This document shows, one piece after another, positions 12,607 to 23,900 of a stretch of 64,000 nt of DNA. The stretch's first letter is position 1, and each line of letters begins with the position of its first letter. Origin of the DNA: Balanoglossus misakiensis (taxonomy: Eukaryota > Animalia > Hemichordata); contig CM082576.2 of NCBI GenBank assembly GCA_040954595.2, positions 15,609,028-15,673,027 on the forward strand. Direction: 5' to 3'. The position numbers and the translations under genes are program-made. Under the pieces are notes generated by a model. That model was not told where the DNA came from. It saw only the letters and a program-made list of their open reading frames with translations, and did no database searches.

Positions 12607-12810
12607 ACTCACCTTTCGAACAAAGAAGGCTTGTTTTATATTTCTCCTGGGCGTTGTTTTGTGTGAAAACACGTCAGACAGTAACTGCGATACCCAGGCA
12701 AGAGTGACACTGATACCCCGGCAACGAAACGCGACGGAGTTGCGAGCATGCGCATATACCGGTATATCCACAAACTTTTTCGCCGCTCATTGCATTTACG
12801 CATGCGCATA
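12607..12810 (-). promoter_or_regulatory. Candidate minus-strand promoter/first exon
   Basis: Two NRF1-like GCATGCGCA motifs (12746-12754, 12799-12808) in a CpG-rich patch, and a consensus donor AAG|GTGAGT on the - strand at 12613/12612. Confidence 0.35.
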
Positions 12811-13461
12811 TTAACTTTTGTCCTATTCTGTGTGTGTGAAAGTGTGTGAGTGTTCTCATAGTCTTAATCACAAATGCGGTATATAATTATTGTGCGGTAA
12901 TGTCTTCTGCGGACAAGATATATTCAAGCTTATAATTGCTGAATTTTTCTTTTTATATGTCAAGTGTATACGGTGGAAGATCTGATCAATAAAGTCCATA
13001 TACCCCATGCTTATAATTAATACGTATTCATCAACACGAAAGTGTTGAAGAAGTTAATTATTTTACTGTCTGATGATAGCGAAACCAACTTGAACACAAC
13101 GGTGAAATACATATTATTCCTAGAGCCACCTGTGTTACGTCGACCAGGTAAGACCAAAAATATATATGACCCCTGTTTACGTCATCAAGCGCAACTATTT
13201 CCACCAATTCGCCATAACTTTGATGTGAGGCAGAAAATGTTACACGTATACTTGTACCGCCATTTTCGGTGCAGAAATGAAACTCAAAAGTGAAATACAT
13301 ATTATCCCAAGAACTGGCCTATATCACCACATGTGTGACGTCGAAATTGACGGCTCCGTGACAATATAGCTTGATAAATTCAATAAGAGAAAGTGGAATT
13401 TGGAAAGAAGGCAAGTGACGTAATGGCCGCGGGTGTGCTTGCATGCATGCTTGCATGCATG

Positions 13462-13670
13462 CATACATACATACATACATACATACATACATACATACAT
13501 ACATACATACATACATACATACATACATACATACATACATACATACATACATACATACATACATGTACATACATACATACATACATACATACATACATAC
13601 ATACATACATACATACATACATACATACATACATACATACATACATACATACATACATACATACATACAT
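13462..13670. repeat. (ACAT)n tetranucleotide microsatellite
   Basis: ~50 near-perfect units. Explains the MYVC/HTYI spurious ORFs. Confidence 0.98.
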
Positions 13671-13875
13671 AAAATGTAGATAGATTGAATGTAGATAGGT
13701 GTATGTTCATTCATTCATTCGTTCGTTCTTTCGTTCGTTGAAATGTTGAATACGTTTTGTCGAGAGGCCGATTATTTTCGTATGAAGCAAATGGAACACG
13801 ATGGTGTACCATGCCGACAGATTATGGGGCTTTATGCAGTTGCTGCCTTTCGAACTAGTATTTAATGATTCTATT

Positions 13876-13923
13876 TATGTATGTATGTATGTATGTATGT
13901 ATGTATGTATGTATGTATGTATG

Positions 13924-13953
<30 letters not shown>
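13876..13953. repeat. (ATGT)n microsatellite
   Basis: ~19 units, the reverse complement of the preceding array. Confidence 0.97.
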
Positions 13954-13954
<1 letters not shown>

Positions 13955-14131
13955 TGCATGTATCTTGCTAACGTATAAGCTTCTATTCATGTTTGCATCA
14001 ACGATACAGATATCTGTAATGTTCCTTCTCACATCCTGTGGGCGTTACTATTAATCTGCTTTAAGTTGGGACGTCCATATTGATAGTTTGTGCTGCAGCA
14101 ATAAGCTCTCAACTAGAGTAGGTACTATATT

Positions 14132-14526
14132 ATAGCCTAGTACCTCGGCGTGTTTTGTCCGCTTTGCTTCCAAAACTAACGTCTTGCCTCACTCATGCCA
14201 CTGGCCCAAAGAAACCCCATACCCCTAAGTTGCTGGGAATTGTGATGTAACTGGTGTCCCTCTGTAGTCAATCAGAGACTTTGTTTTTCCAATGATTATA
14301 TGTGTAATTAAGGATGGGAACATTTTAAAATTAATAAGCCCTACCATCACTATAACCTTACACCCAATCACCATTGTTCAGTTTATGTGAGTGACTTCAA
14401 GGGGACGCTGGTTACATCAGAACTCTCAGCAAGGGGTATGGGGTTTTATTGGGCCAGTGTCACGAGTAAGGCTAGACGTCAGTTTTGGAAGCAAAGTGGA
14501 CAACATACGGCTAGGTACTAGACTAT
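14132..14526. mobile_element. MITE with ~140-bp imperfect terminal inverted repeats
   Basis: The left arm atagcctagtacctcggcgtgttttgtccgctttgcttccaaaact...gtccctctgtagtca matches the reverse complement of 14390-14526 (...ttttggaagcaaagtggacaacatacggctaggtactagactat). Confidence 0.85.
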
Positions 14527-14862
14527 GTGTATGCAACTCACGTTACATTTCAAATGTGACTAACACGAATGCCCGCAATGCTTTACATCTAAATTTATGT
14601 ATTCCTAACTTCAATACTGCTCGTCAGAGGTCTTTCTGTTTCCATGCAGCGACAATTTAGAATACAATTCCCCATGCGCATCCCTGAAGACGCATGTGAT
14701 TATGCCTGCACATGCGTACATGGACTTTCTCTTTTTATGGTAAACTGTAAAATGTCAGAGCACGGAATATAAAACTACCATAGCATGTTGTGCACATTTC
14801 ACATCGGTCTGCTGATCGCCTCATATTCACAGATTTGAGTTACTGGTGTATCGCCAACAATC

Positions 14863-16149
14863 ATGTTTGTCGAGAATCAGACGAGAAACGACACTTTTCT
14901 CGACTTTGATATACACTTGAATTCAGAAGAAGCAGATGCTGACGTGCAATGGTTCCGGGATTTCGCCATTTTCTGCAACATTCTTTTAATTGTTGGCGGG
15001 AACCTATTGGTCATCGTGGCGATTCTGTGCCAGTCCAGTTTAAGAAGGTCGGCAACGAACCATTTCATCTTGTCTCTCTCCGTAGCAGACTTTCTGGTCG
15101 GCGTCCTGGTCATTCCAATGCTCGACAAGAGCGCGTTCGGCATCGGCCAATTCTTTCACTTCAACGAGATTCTGTGCGGGGCAGTGAAGACGATATCGTT
15201 GTCGTGTTTGGGTTCGACAGTTTTTCTGCTCCTTTCCATCGCCATCGATCGGTATCGCGCCATCGTCACCCCGATGAAGCGGCGGATCTCAATCACCCAG
15301 GCCCGTCTGATGATCCTGTTCACCTGGCTGGTGTCGTTCGCCTACGCGGGCAAATTCATAGTAATCAGCGGGGTCATCCCTATGACCATCCAAGTGGACG
15401 GACAGAATGTCACCAAACTCACTTGTGGGTACTTGACCTCTGGCACACACGGTGTCGAGATAATCGCTATCACCGACTTCGTGTTGCTGTACTTTGCACC
15501 GTTAGTGGTGATAACTTTGCTTTACACCAGAATGATTTCAGTGTTGTTTTTTGTAAAATCGCCAAGCGATGCCTCCCGACAAAGAAAGCGGAGGGCCATC
15601 AAGATGCTTATGGTGGTGGTGGTGGTGTTCACCATCAGCTGGTGTCCAGTCAGAATTCTACGACTGATCTCGAAGACCGCTCCAAGCTTATTCACGCAGA
15701 AAGCCTACGACGCCATGGGAAGCATCGCGGAACCTCTCGCCCTGACAAACAGCTGGGTCAACCCGTTCATCTACGCCCTATTCAGCAGCAAGTTCCGCCA
15801 AGCGATTGCCAACGTCTTATTGAAATGCGGGTTCCAAACCGGAGGAGCAGAGAAAGTCCAGAAGCGCCAAACCAAGACCGGCAACGCCGGAGACCAGCGC
15901 AGAGCTAAGAAAGGAAATGATCAACCCACAGACGACCAAAACCAAGCTGTCCAGAGAGAAAATATCAACGAGGCGGAGACAACTTTCTCGGTCGGAACCG
16001 GAGATGCAGTCACCACGAAGCAAGTAAAAAGACGAAGCATATCCACCCAAACAGGAAACCATTCTCCTGGCTCCGATCAGCTTCACGCATGCTTTGAGAA
16101 TCCAACTTTCGACTCTTCATACGGTCGTTCCAAAAACGATACGCCATAA
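14863..16149 (+). CDS. Rhodopsin-class (class A) GPCR, orphan neuropeptide-receptor-like, 428 aa, single coding exon
   Basis: Seven hydrophobic helices with class A motifs: GN (TM1), LSVAD (TM2), C..IAIDRY (TM3), W (TM4), FAP (TM5), FTISWCP (TM6), NSWVNPFIY..FR (TM7/H8). N-terminal sequons NQT and NDT. A splice acceptor at 14831-14832 followed by an in-frame TGA implies a 5' UTR intron. AATAAA at ~16862 and ~16912. Confidence 0.95.
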   Translation: MFVENQTRNDTFLDFDIHLNSEEADADVQWFRDFAIFCNILLIVGGNLLVIVAILCQSSLRRSATNHFILSLSVADFLVGVLVIPMLDKSAFGIGQFFHFNEILCGAVKTISLSCLGSTVFLLLSIAIDRYRAIVTPMKRRISITQARLMILFTWLVSFAYAGKFIVISGVIPMTIQVDGQNVTKLTCGYLTSGTHGVEIIAITDFVLLYFAPLVVITLLYTRMISVLFFVKSPSDASRQRKRRAIKMLMVVVVVFTISWCPVRILRLISKTAPSLFTQKAYDAMGSIAEPLALTNSWVNPFIYALFSSKFRQAIANVLLKCGFQTGGAEKVQKRQTKTGNAGDQRRAKKGNDQPTDDQNQAVQRENINEAETTFSVGTGDAVTTKQVKRRSISTQTGNHSPGSDQLHACFENPTFDSSYGRSKNDTP

Positions 16150-16723
16150 TTGTATCCGTCCTGCGGGACAGACTAACCAGAGATCAATACGAGAAAAGTA
16201 GGTACTTCAAATTTGCTGTACGTTTGGTATGTTTGATTTCGAAAAAATGTAGTCAGTGAATTTTTGATAATTGAGGAGACAACGTGATTGTGTTCAGATT
16301 CATAGAGAATGTGTTAATGTTCCCGGAATATGAAATCAGCTAATGGTTCGATGAATATCCTGTTTTACACGAATTTAATATAAAACGTGTTACCATTGCC
16401 TGATATCCCACAATTAAGGCGAGTGCTCCGTTCAGTTACGTTTGTAGACAGAATTAATATATTAGCACAAATATTAACCAAACCATCACGTTTTTCATTT
16501 TCAATATTGTACGTAGAAATCAAGATGATGATGACGTTTATACACAAAAACCGCACTATACAAATTAGGGAGTTCGTTGAAGTTGCTACATTTCTTATTA
16601 CTAACTGTACTTAAAAAGAATGCAGTTATCCTATTTTTCATAATTACTGAATATGTATCATCTATACGTGTATTGTATACACGAAACGTATTGCTTGTAT
16701 TTTTTATCTGGCTATAACTACAT

Positions 16724-16769
16724 ATTCATTCATTCATTCATTCATTCATTCATTCATTCATTCATTCAT
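16724..16769. repeat. (CATT)n microsatellite
   Basis: Direct observation. Confidence 0.95.
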
Positions 16770-17456
16770 GCAAATCGGGAACTCTAAATGAATTGTACAC
16801 TTACTGTAAAAGGTGTGTTTCAAGATTATATTTTCACCAATTTACTCGTAACGTTAAATTAAATAAATAGTGATTGGTGTGGTTTATTGATATGAGTTAC
16901 ACGTCAGTAAAGAATAAAGAAATTAAAAGCGGTTTATGGAGGTTTTTTTTTAGATTGGGCTGATATCAGCTTTAGTAGTCTAAAGTGCAAATTATAGAAA
17001 TATGTTTTTAAAGGTTATAATATTTAACAATATTAGTAATATCTTTAATAGCGGCAATAGTGAGTAATATAGACTTGGTGAGTGAATTGTAGTTGATTGT
17101 GGAAAACTAATGTATATTAATAGTTTGATGTTTCTTTTTAATCCATTAGGTATTAGAAAAGGCCTAAAACACCCTAGTTATACCAATAACAAGAACAACA
17201 ACAATAATAATAGTTTGGATACGATAAGTAAAACTTATCTCCATGAATGTGTAAAGTAAAATATACACAATTGTTTAAGTATAAGATTGCACTTTTTTCT
17301 GTGTCCGCATGCAATTTAGGTCAAAGAATCCACCTTGATAGTTTCAAAAGTCTTGTCCACATATGCACATTTATGTTGTCATAGAACAGAATACTTGGGA
17401 TGTTTTCTGCGGGAACAAAGGCTTTAAAATGTCAGAGTGATACTGGCATCGCGCTA

Positions 17457-18472
17457 GGGAGCATTCGTTTTTTACAGGGAGGGGGGGGGGCGGTGGAAAT
17501 CAGGGGGGGTTTACTTTTACAAAGCAGTTTTTAGGGGGGGGACAAATTTTATAATCAAGGGATTATTATATAGGGACTGAAAGGGGGGGGGACTTGAAAA
17601 CTTTGACGGCTAAATATTTATTTTGAGTCCACAAAAATGCAGTTTCGCGTCCTTTATTTTACAAAATTTTCTAATGTGGGAGGGGGACACCCCCTCCCAC
17701 ACCCACCCCCTCCATTCATCAACACCTTTCAATCATTGACTGGTTTATCTAGTGTCCCAGGTCAGGGGACTTGCCCCCACCTCATGATAACTTTGAGCGG
17801 CGACGTTAATTTGCTTTTGCTGGGTTCAATAAAATGCAGCTTTCACCCCCTTCAATTCTCGGTTTACAATGTCTCCCAACACAGAATACAAATACTTAAA
17901 AAATAAAAACAATGTTCAGTAGACATGTACATGAACAGACATAAATTGACAACAGAGAAAAAGATGCTGAAAAAAAGACAAACTGAAAATAGTTGAAGCG
18001 CACATTGGCCGGAAACTGTGTCAAACAACTCTGGAAAGTCTCAGAGTAAACCATGAGAGGGACAAAGAGGAGGATGAGCATGAGGATGAAGAGGATGACT
18101 TGGACGAGGACAGTGAACCAGAAGATGAACATGTAGTGATAGGTGAACTAGGTGATTCAGCGGAAAGTGACTCAGAAAGTGATAGCGGCGACATTGAAAA
18201 TGAACTCTTTCACGTAACGAGATCAGGCAGACAATGCACTACTTGGAAATCAAGGAACTAGGTTTCATGGTTGATTATGTGGTATGTCGAACATACACCA
18301 ATATCTGACAAAGTTTGATAAGTTTAATCCGGTGGATAAACTTTTTTTTTTTTTTTGGAAGGGGGGTCACATTTTAGAAAAGTAATTTCCAGGGGGGGGT
18401 TGCCTTTTACATTTAGTCGGCGACTCAAATTCCACCGCCCCCCCCCCCTCCCTGTAAAAAACGAATGCTCCC
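17457..18472. mobile_element. Non-autonomous PIF/Harbinger-like DNA transposon (~1.0 kb)
   Basis: ~42-bp TIRs GGGAGCATTCGTTTTTTACAGGGAG(G)nCGGTGGAA / TTCCACCG(C)nTCCCTGTAAAAAACGAATGCTCCC, and a 3-bp TSD CTA (17454-17456, 18473-18475). Internal acidic ORF remnant ending TRSGRQCTTWKSRN*. Confidence 0.85.
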
Positions 18473-19270
18473 CTAGCATTACGAGAAAAACCGAACACAG
18501 TTTGAGCTGCACCGAAGGGATGTTCTCACCGTCAATTTATTCATCAATCCAGTTGATAAGTCCAGAAACAGGGGTATTGCACAAATTGTCCCCAGTTTAA
18601 CAAATGCACTTGTTGATACCCGGAAAGTGATGGGGTTTCCTTTTAGCTGTGTTGTTAAAAACTCGACGGCCGGTACATTCATTTTGTGCAGCTCAAACCA
18701 TTACATTGTAGAGCTTTGTGTGTGGATCGGAGATATTGATATTAATGAATAAAATCGAGCTTCTTTACTGCACCTCGTAAAATCTGCAAGATTGTATTTA
18801 TTTTGAAAGTAGGTCCCGGAAAGAAGAGGTTGGCTTAGAACAACGACAAGAAATGGACTAAAAAATAAACATTCATCAGAAGTGACCCCCTCCTTTGGAA
18901 ATGTTGCTTCATTCACACTTACGTTGGATTGGGCTATTTTTAATACAGGGGTTTACGTGATCAGTTTACTTATCTTGCCACAAACATTAACAACCATATC
19001 TTGATGGAAACGCTACAGAGAGATAGCGCATGAATTTGGCGGCGGTTTCTGTTGTCTGGCAACCTTCAGAACGGACGTCCGAGTGAATAAAATGATGGAC
19101 AGTATACACAAACACACACTCAGAAAATATGTGGGTGTAAACAATCCATGTATCGTGATATATTTTCTCTCTTAATACCTGAAGGAACTAATCATGCTTA
19201 TGTATACGGTATTTAAAGCAGTTTGTAATTATTGTCGTCGAAAATGTGGCTTAATAGTTCTAGGTATTAA

Positions 19271-19629
19271 AGGGACAAAGTCTCTCTCTCGCTGCCCTTT
19301 TTTCCATTAATTATATTTGATACAAGACACCATTTATGTTATTCTACATGTGGATATATAGTGAATGTTTGTTCTATCAACCGCAACTTCCATCCCGTTT
19401 GTAGGAAATGAGAGTAAAAAGCCCGCCAAAATGAATAAAAGGAAAACACCGATTATTCATTTTGGCGAGTTTTTCACTCTCGTGTCTACAAGTTGGATAG
19501 AAGTTGTGTGTGGTCGAACGTTGATTCACTATATATCCACATGTAGAATAGCATAAACGGTGTCTTGTATCAAATATAATTAATGATCAAAAGAGCAGCG
19601 AGAGAGAGAGAGAGAGAGACTTTGTCCCT
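19271..19629. mobile_element. Foldback MITE with TTAA TSD (Kolobok-like)
   Basis: TTAA|AGGGACAAAGTCTCTCTC...GAGAGAGACTTTGTCCCT|TTAA. Nearly the whole 359 bp is a palindrome. AG termini with a TTAA TSD fit Kolobok better than piggyBac (CC termini). Confidence 0.88.
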
Positions 19630-20581
19630 TTAAGTCAGGTATATAAATCCACAAATTGGAGTATACATTTTGTTTGTGAATGGTATCAGTCGGCATGGTG
19701 TTCTGTGTGTGTTCACAATTTCCCTGCCTACCCCTGGCTCGCATATTCAAGACTGCGAATCTCAGATTTGGTCGGTAAAGCGTAATGGACGTATAAGTGA
19801 GGGCCATTAGATCCTAGCAAAAGGTATATATCTATTGATAATAATCCATTTATCGTTATGGTATCCCAAATTTGCCGTTTGCTTCGCCCGCATGCCAGTA
19901 GCAAAACGTCGTGTGTCTCTCGGCTAAACATATTAAAAGCCTCTGTGTGCGTCTCTTTATTTCACTAGTAGAAAAGGCAGCCCCTAACGTTCGCTCCTTT
20001 GCACACGGAAAGTACATCAGCAGGTTTACCTATCAAATAAGCAAACGTGATAAATGGAACAAAACCACGTAGTTTTCTGACAAACCAAAAGTAGCACAAA
20101 GATTGCACATGCATGTGGATGTAAAACGTAAAGTTTGATGAGAAAAAAGTGGATTAAAACATGCATAGTATCACAAAAGGGAGGTTGAGGTTACTTTAGA
20201 GAATTCCTTCGACCCTGTCGTGTGAACTATCCAAAATAGCAGCATCAGATTAACGATTCAACTCAAAAAATATCACCTGATGTAAACAAGGTAATTATCC
20301 CACCAAGGGGTATACACGGTTAAAGAATAACAGAGCAGTTATAAGAAGAGCACTGAATCTCTCGGAAAATGACGTCATGGTACAACCGAACTTTTCATTC
20401 ATCGGGGACCTGCTGTGTGAACAAATTCGTCTGCCAGTCGACAAAACTTATATCTAAAACTGTGCGTTTGAAGGTGACACTGTTATTTTTGTGAGCATAA
20501 TGTCTTACTTTAGGCAACTACGGTACGTTTCAAACTACCCGATGTTTTAACAATAACCCTCTCCAAAGTTCATGTATCTGC

Positions 20582-20665
20582 CAGATATCAGATATCTTAT
20601 ACGTTATACGTATTAGATATCTCAAATACCTTATACGTTATCAGATATCTTATACGTTATACGTT
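20582..20665. repeat. Short degenerate minisatellite (cagatatcttatacgttatacg)
   Basis: About three imperfect copies visible. Confidence 0.6.
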
Positions 20666-20991
20666 TCAAAGCATAACACTGAATAAAAAGACCTTGATTA
20701 TGAAGAAAACGAATGGTATATACACAGACTACCACAATTGATCCCAACATGCAACAATGCAATGGAACGACAAATAAATCCCACTGCTGTATGGTGGCGC
20801 TCAACTGCCACTATAGTAAATTAGAAAACGCATAAGCATGAGTAGCCACATGCCACACACTTGTTTAGGTTTGTAGGGGGACGGACCAACTATATTTCCG
20901 TAAGGCACAACACATACCAACATAAACTTACATTATGGTACTAATTTTCTGAATTTTAAAAACAAAACGTCATCAATCGCCAGATGTGAAC

Positions 20992-23900
20992 TACGGTGGC
21001 CGATACCGACACTCCTCTGCTATGCTAAGTCGGCCTCCTCTGCTACGCTAAGTCCTCCTCTGCTATGCTAATTCCTGCGATGCTATGCTAATTCCTGCGA
21101 TGCTAACTGAATCTGATCAGCTGTCGACCTCCTCTGCTATGCTATGTCGATCTGCGATGCTATGCTAATTCCTGCGATGCTATGCTAAGTCCTGCGATGC
21201 TAACTGAATCTGATCTGCTGTCGACCTCCTCTGCTATGCTATGTCGATCTGCGATGCTATGCTAATTCCTGCGATGCTATGCTAATTCCTGCGATGCTAT
21301 GCTAATTCCTGCGATGCTATGCTAAATCCTGCGATGCTAACTTAACCGGAAGTACTGGAGTACATTTTTACGAACAAACATACGCTCGTCTCACGGACTT
21401 GGTGAAGTTGTTATTTGGACGGCCGGAGAACTGAGAAAGCGGTAAGTGATAATAGAAATAACATCTGAATATCTTATCCATAACATTTGTTTCGAAGATA
21501 CGGATTTTGTAGGCGGCGACAAACTCTGCAATTAGAGGTTATAAACGGTGCGATCGTTTCCTCAGGCGCGTGTACCCCAATACCCCCTGTGTGTTGTAAG
21601 CATTAACCAGTGCTAAACAAGTCAACTGACGAACAAAAAACAAAGTTTTATTTACCTTTTGATTGTGTACATTTTGATAGCTCCACTCTTCTTCAGTAAA
21701 GTCATGGTCTGTGTGTGCATTGTTATGTTTGAAAAGCTTGCATGTCAGTCAAATGCGCAGATATCTGAGATAATCACCATTGGCTATTATTTCATCTTTG
21801 GTTTTGAAAGATGAAAACAATTTGTTACCATAGTAACACCTATTCTAAACTAGAAATCAAGGTGATTAATTTTTTGTTTTGTTTTTAGGCATATATTCTT
21901 TGGAATTTTTTGGTGTTTTAAGTTGAATTCAAGGACCATGTGTGTTAAAAATGTGAATATCTATTTTCAATGAATTGTTGCCAGAATTGGTAATATAATA
22001 AATTCTCAGTGTTTTATTTTATTTACATACAGGTATGTGTAACTCACAGCTCGGCGAGTGGCCAATTCAATGGACCAAGACCCACCATGCATAAAATCTG
22101 TAAAAACAGTTGACTTTGTTACAAGTGTACTTTATTGGCAACCATGGTAAAATAAACTTGGTGAAAACTTAAATATTTCATGTGAAGTGTGTCATTCACA
22201 GAGTACAATATTCTACCCACCATTCGCCATGATTTGTATCATCAAAGGTTGCCATCTTAATATATTTTTCTGTTTAACATAGTAACAATGATAAATTGAG
22301 GAATTAGAGGGAAAATTTCAAATACAGTATCAAAGTTTAAAAGCCTTAGAAATCAAAGTATTCATGTACTGCAAATGTCGCACTTTGGAGGAAACAAGCA
22401 AATGACTGAGGTGGCCAGTCTCTGTTGAAAGTTAACATGTAAATTTCTTTTGTTCCGTCAATAGTAAATATCAGTATCTTTTTGTTTTACTAAGGTGTCC
22501 CTGTTTCACTTCAAACTTTTCTGTACAGTTGAACAACCAAACCTAATTTGCATAGTCAATTAACTGAGCTGCATCTGTTAATTTTGAATGAGGAGATACA
22601 CAGCACTGAACACCGTACTTTTCACAGGTTCTAGGTTATAAGTTGTAAAAGTAAAAATAAAACACACATAGACACTTCAGATTTTGGTTTACATGAGTTT
22701 GTCATTTTATTCTATGTTAAGCTAAACGAAACATGTTGAGTTATGACTGGTTTGAGACTCGGTTCAATGTGGAATTACTCCAAAACCAAAGTAGATACAG
22801 AAATGACGACTTGGTGGCTGAAAGATTACTATTGAATCTAAATACTCGCTATATTTTTAGGACCATGGGTAATGGCAGCACGCAAAATAAACACAACTTG
22901 TTCCGCCTTGAGAAGACAAGTTGACTTCCACAGTGTGTAACCTCATGGTGACGTCACATGCAATTGTGATGAAATTTTACTTTTGCTTTAAAACTTGCCT
23001 AATAATCATAATGAACTGAAGTATCACAAATAACTGCAGGACATCTTTCTGTATTGTGCAGGGGAAAAAATCCTCATATTATACTTGTCCATTTGCCCAA
23101 CAAGTTACTTAACACCGAGTACATGCATTGAAATGATAATACATTTTCTTTACTACTTTCATTTACAAACTATTTTTTAGCATTTTAACTTGCATATAAT
23201 TAACCCTTTGAACACCAAAGAAAACTATAGTCACATTCACAAAATACACAATTGGTTTGACTGAGGAATCTCTGATGGTACATATCGGAATGAATCATGG
23301 GATATTTCTAGTACTGTGATTCAGTCTGTTAATCTTTCCAAAAGTGTCAGGTAGAGAGCTTCAGCATCTAATGGATTCCTGGCTGGCAATAGCAAATCAT
23401 CCATCATAATGTGATGTAGATATTCATCTAGCTGACAGTCGACCACATAAGAAGGTGAACATGCGTGTACGTCCAGATCTTCAATGTTACATTGTATTGG
23501 TTGTAGACAATCAACACCACCTGTAAAAGGAAAGTGGCTCTTGTATAAGACACACAGGAAGCATTCATTAAACAACGATTTGCTTTAGCCATGAGGAAAA
23601 CATACCATAATAAGGAAAAATTGTGAACATAGTTAACTCTATAAATTTGCAACTTCAACTCAGCCAACCAAAATTAATGTTATGTCAAAACAAATAGACT
23701 TCTCCACCAAAGACAGTAAACTCTAATACTGTAAAACATGTTATTTTTGCAAGTTACAAAATCCGTATCTTCGAAACAAATGTTATAGATAAGATATTCA
23801 GATGTTATTTCTATTATCACTTACCGCTTTCTCAGTTCTCCGGCCGTCCAAATAACAACTTCACCAAGTCCGCGAGGCGAGCGTGTGTTTGTTCGTAAAA

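Noticed and set aside
13319-13714. Six overlapping ORFs (MYVC/HTYI repeats)
   Set aside because: Artefacts of the stop-free (ACAT)n microsatellite.
8810-14863. Splicing of the GAIN gene onto the GPCR exon to form a chimeric adhesion-type receptor
   Set aside because: The acceptor at 14832 is followed by ATT TGA in the GPCR frame, so a phase-0 join terminates. The receptor is class A with its own ATG.
14949-15908. 319-aa alternate-frame ORF within the GPCR
   Set aside because: Shadow ORF from GC3 codon bias. Arg/His/Pro-rich with no domain.
21010-21342. CRISPR-like array
   Set aside because: No unique spacers, eukaryotic context, and the repeats are mirrored in the opposite TIR.
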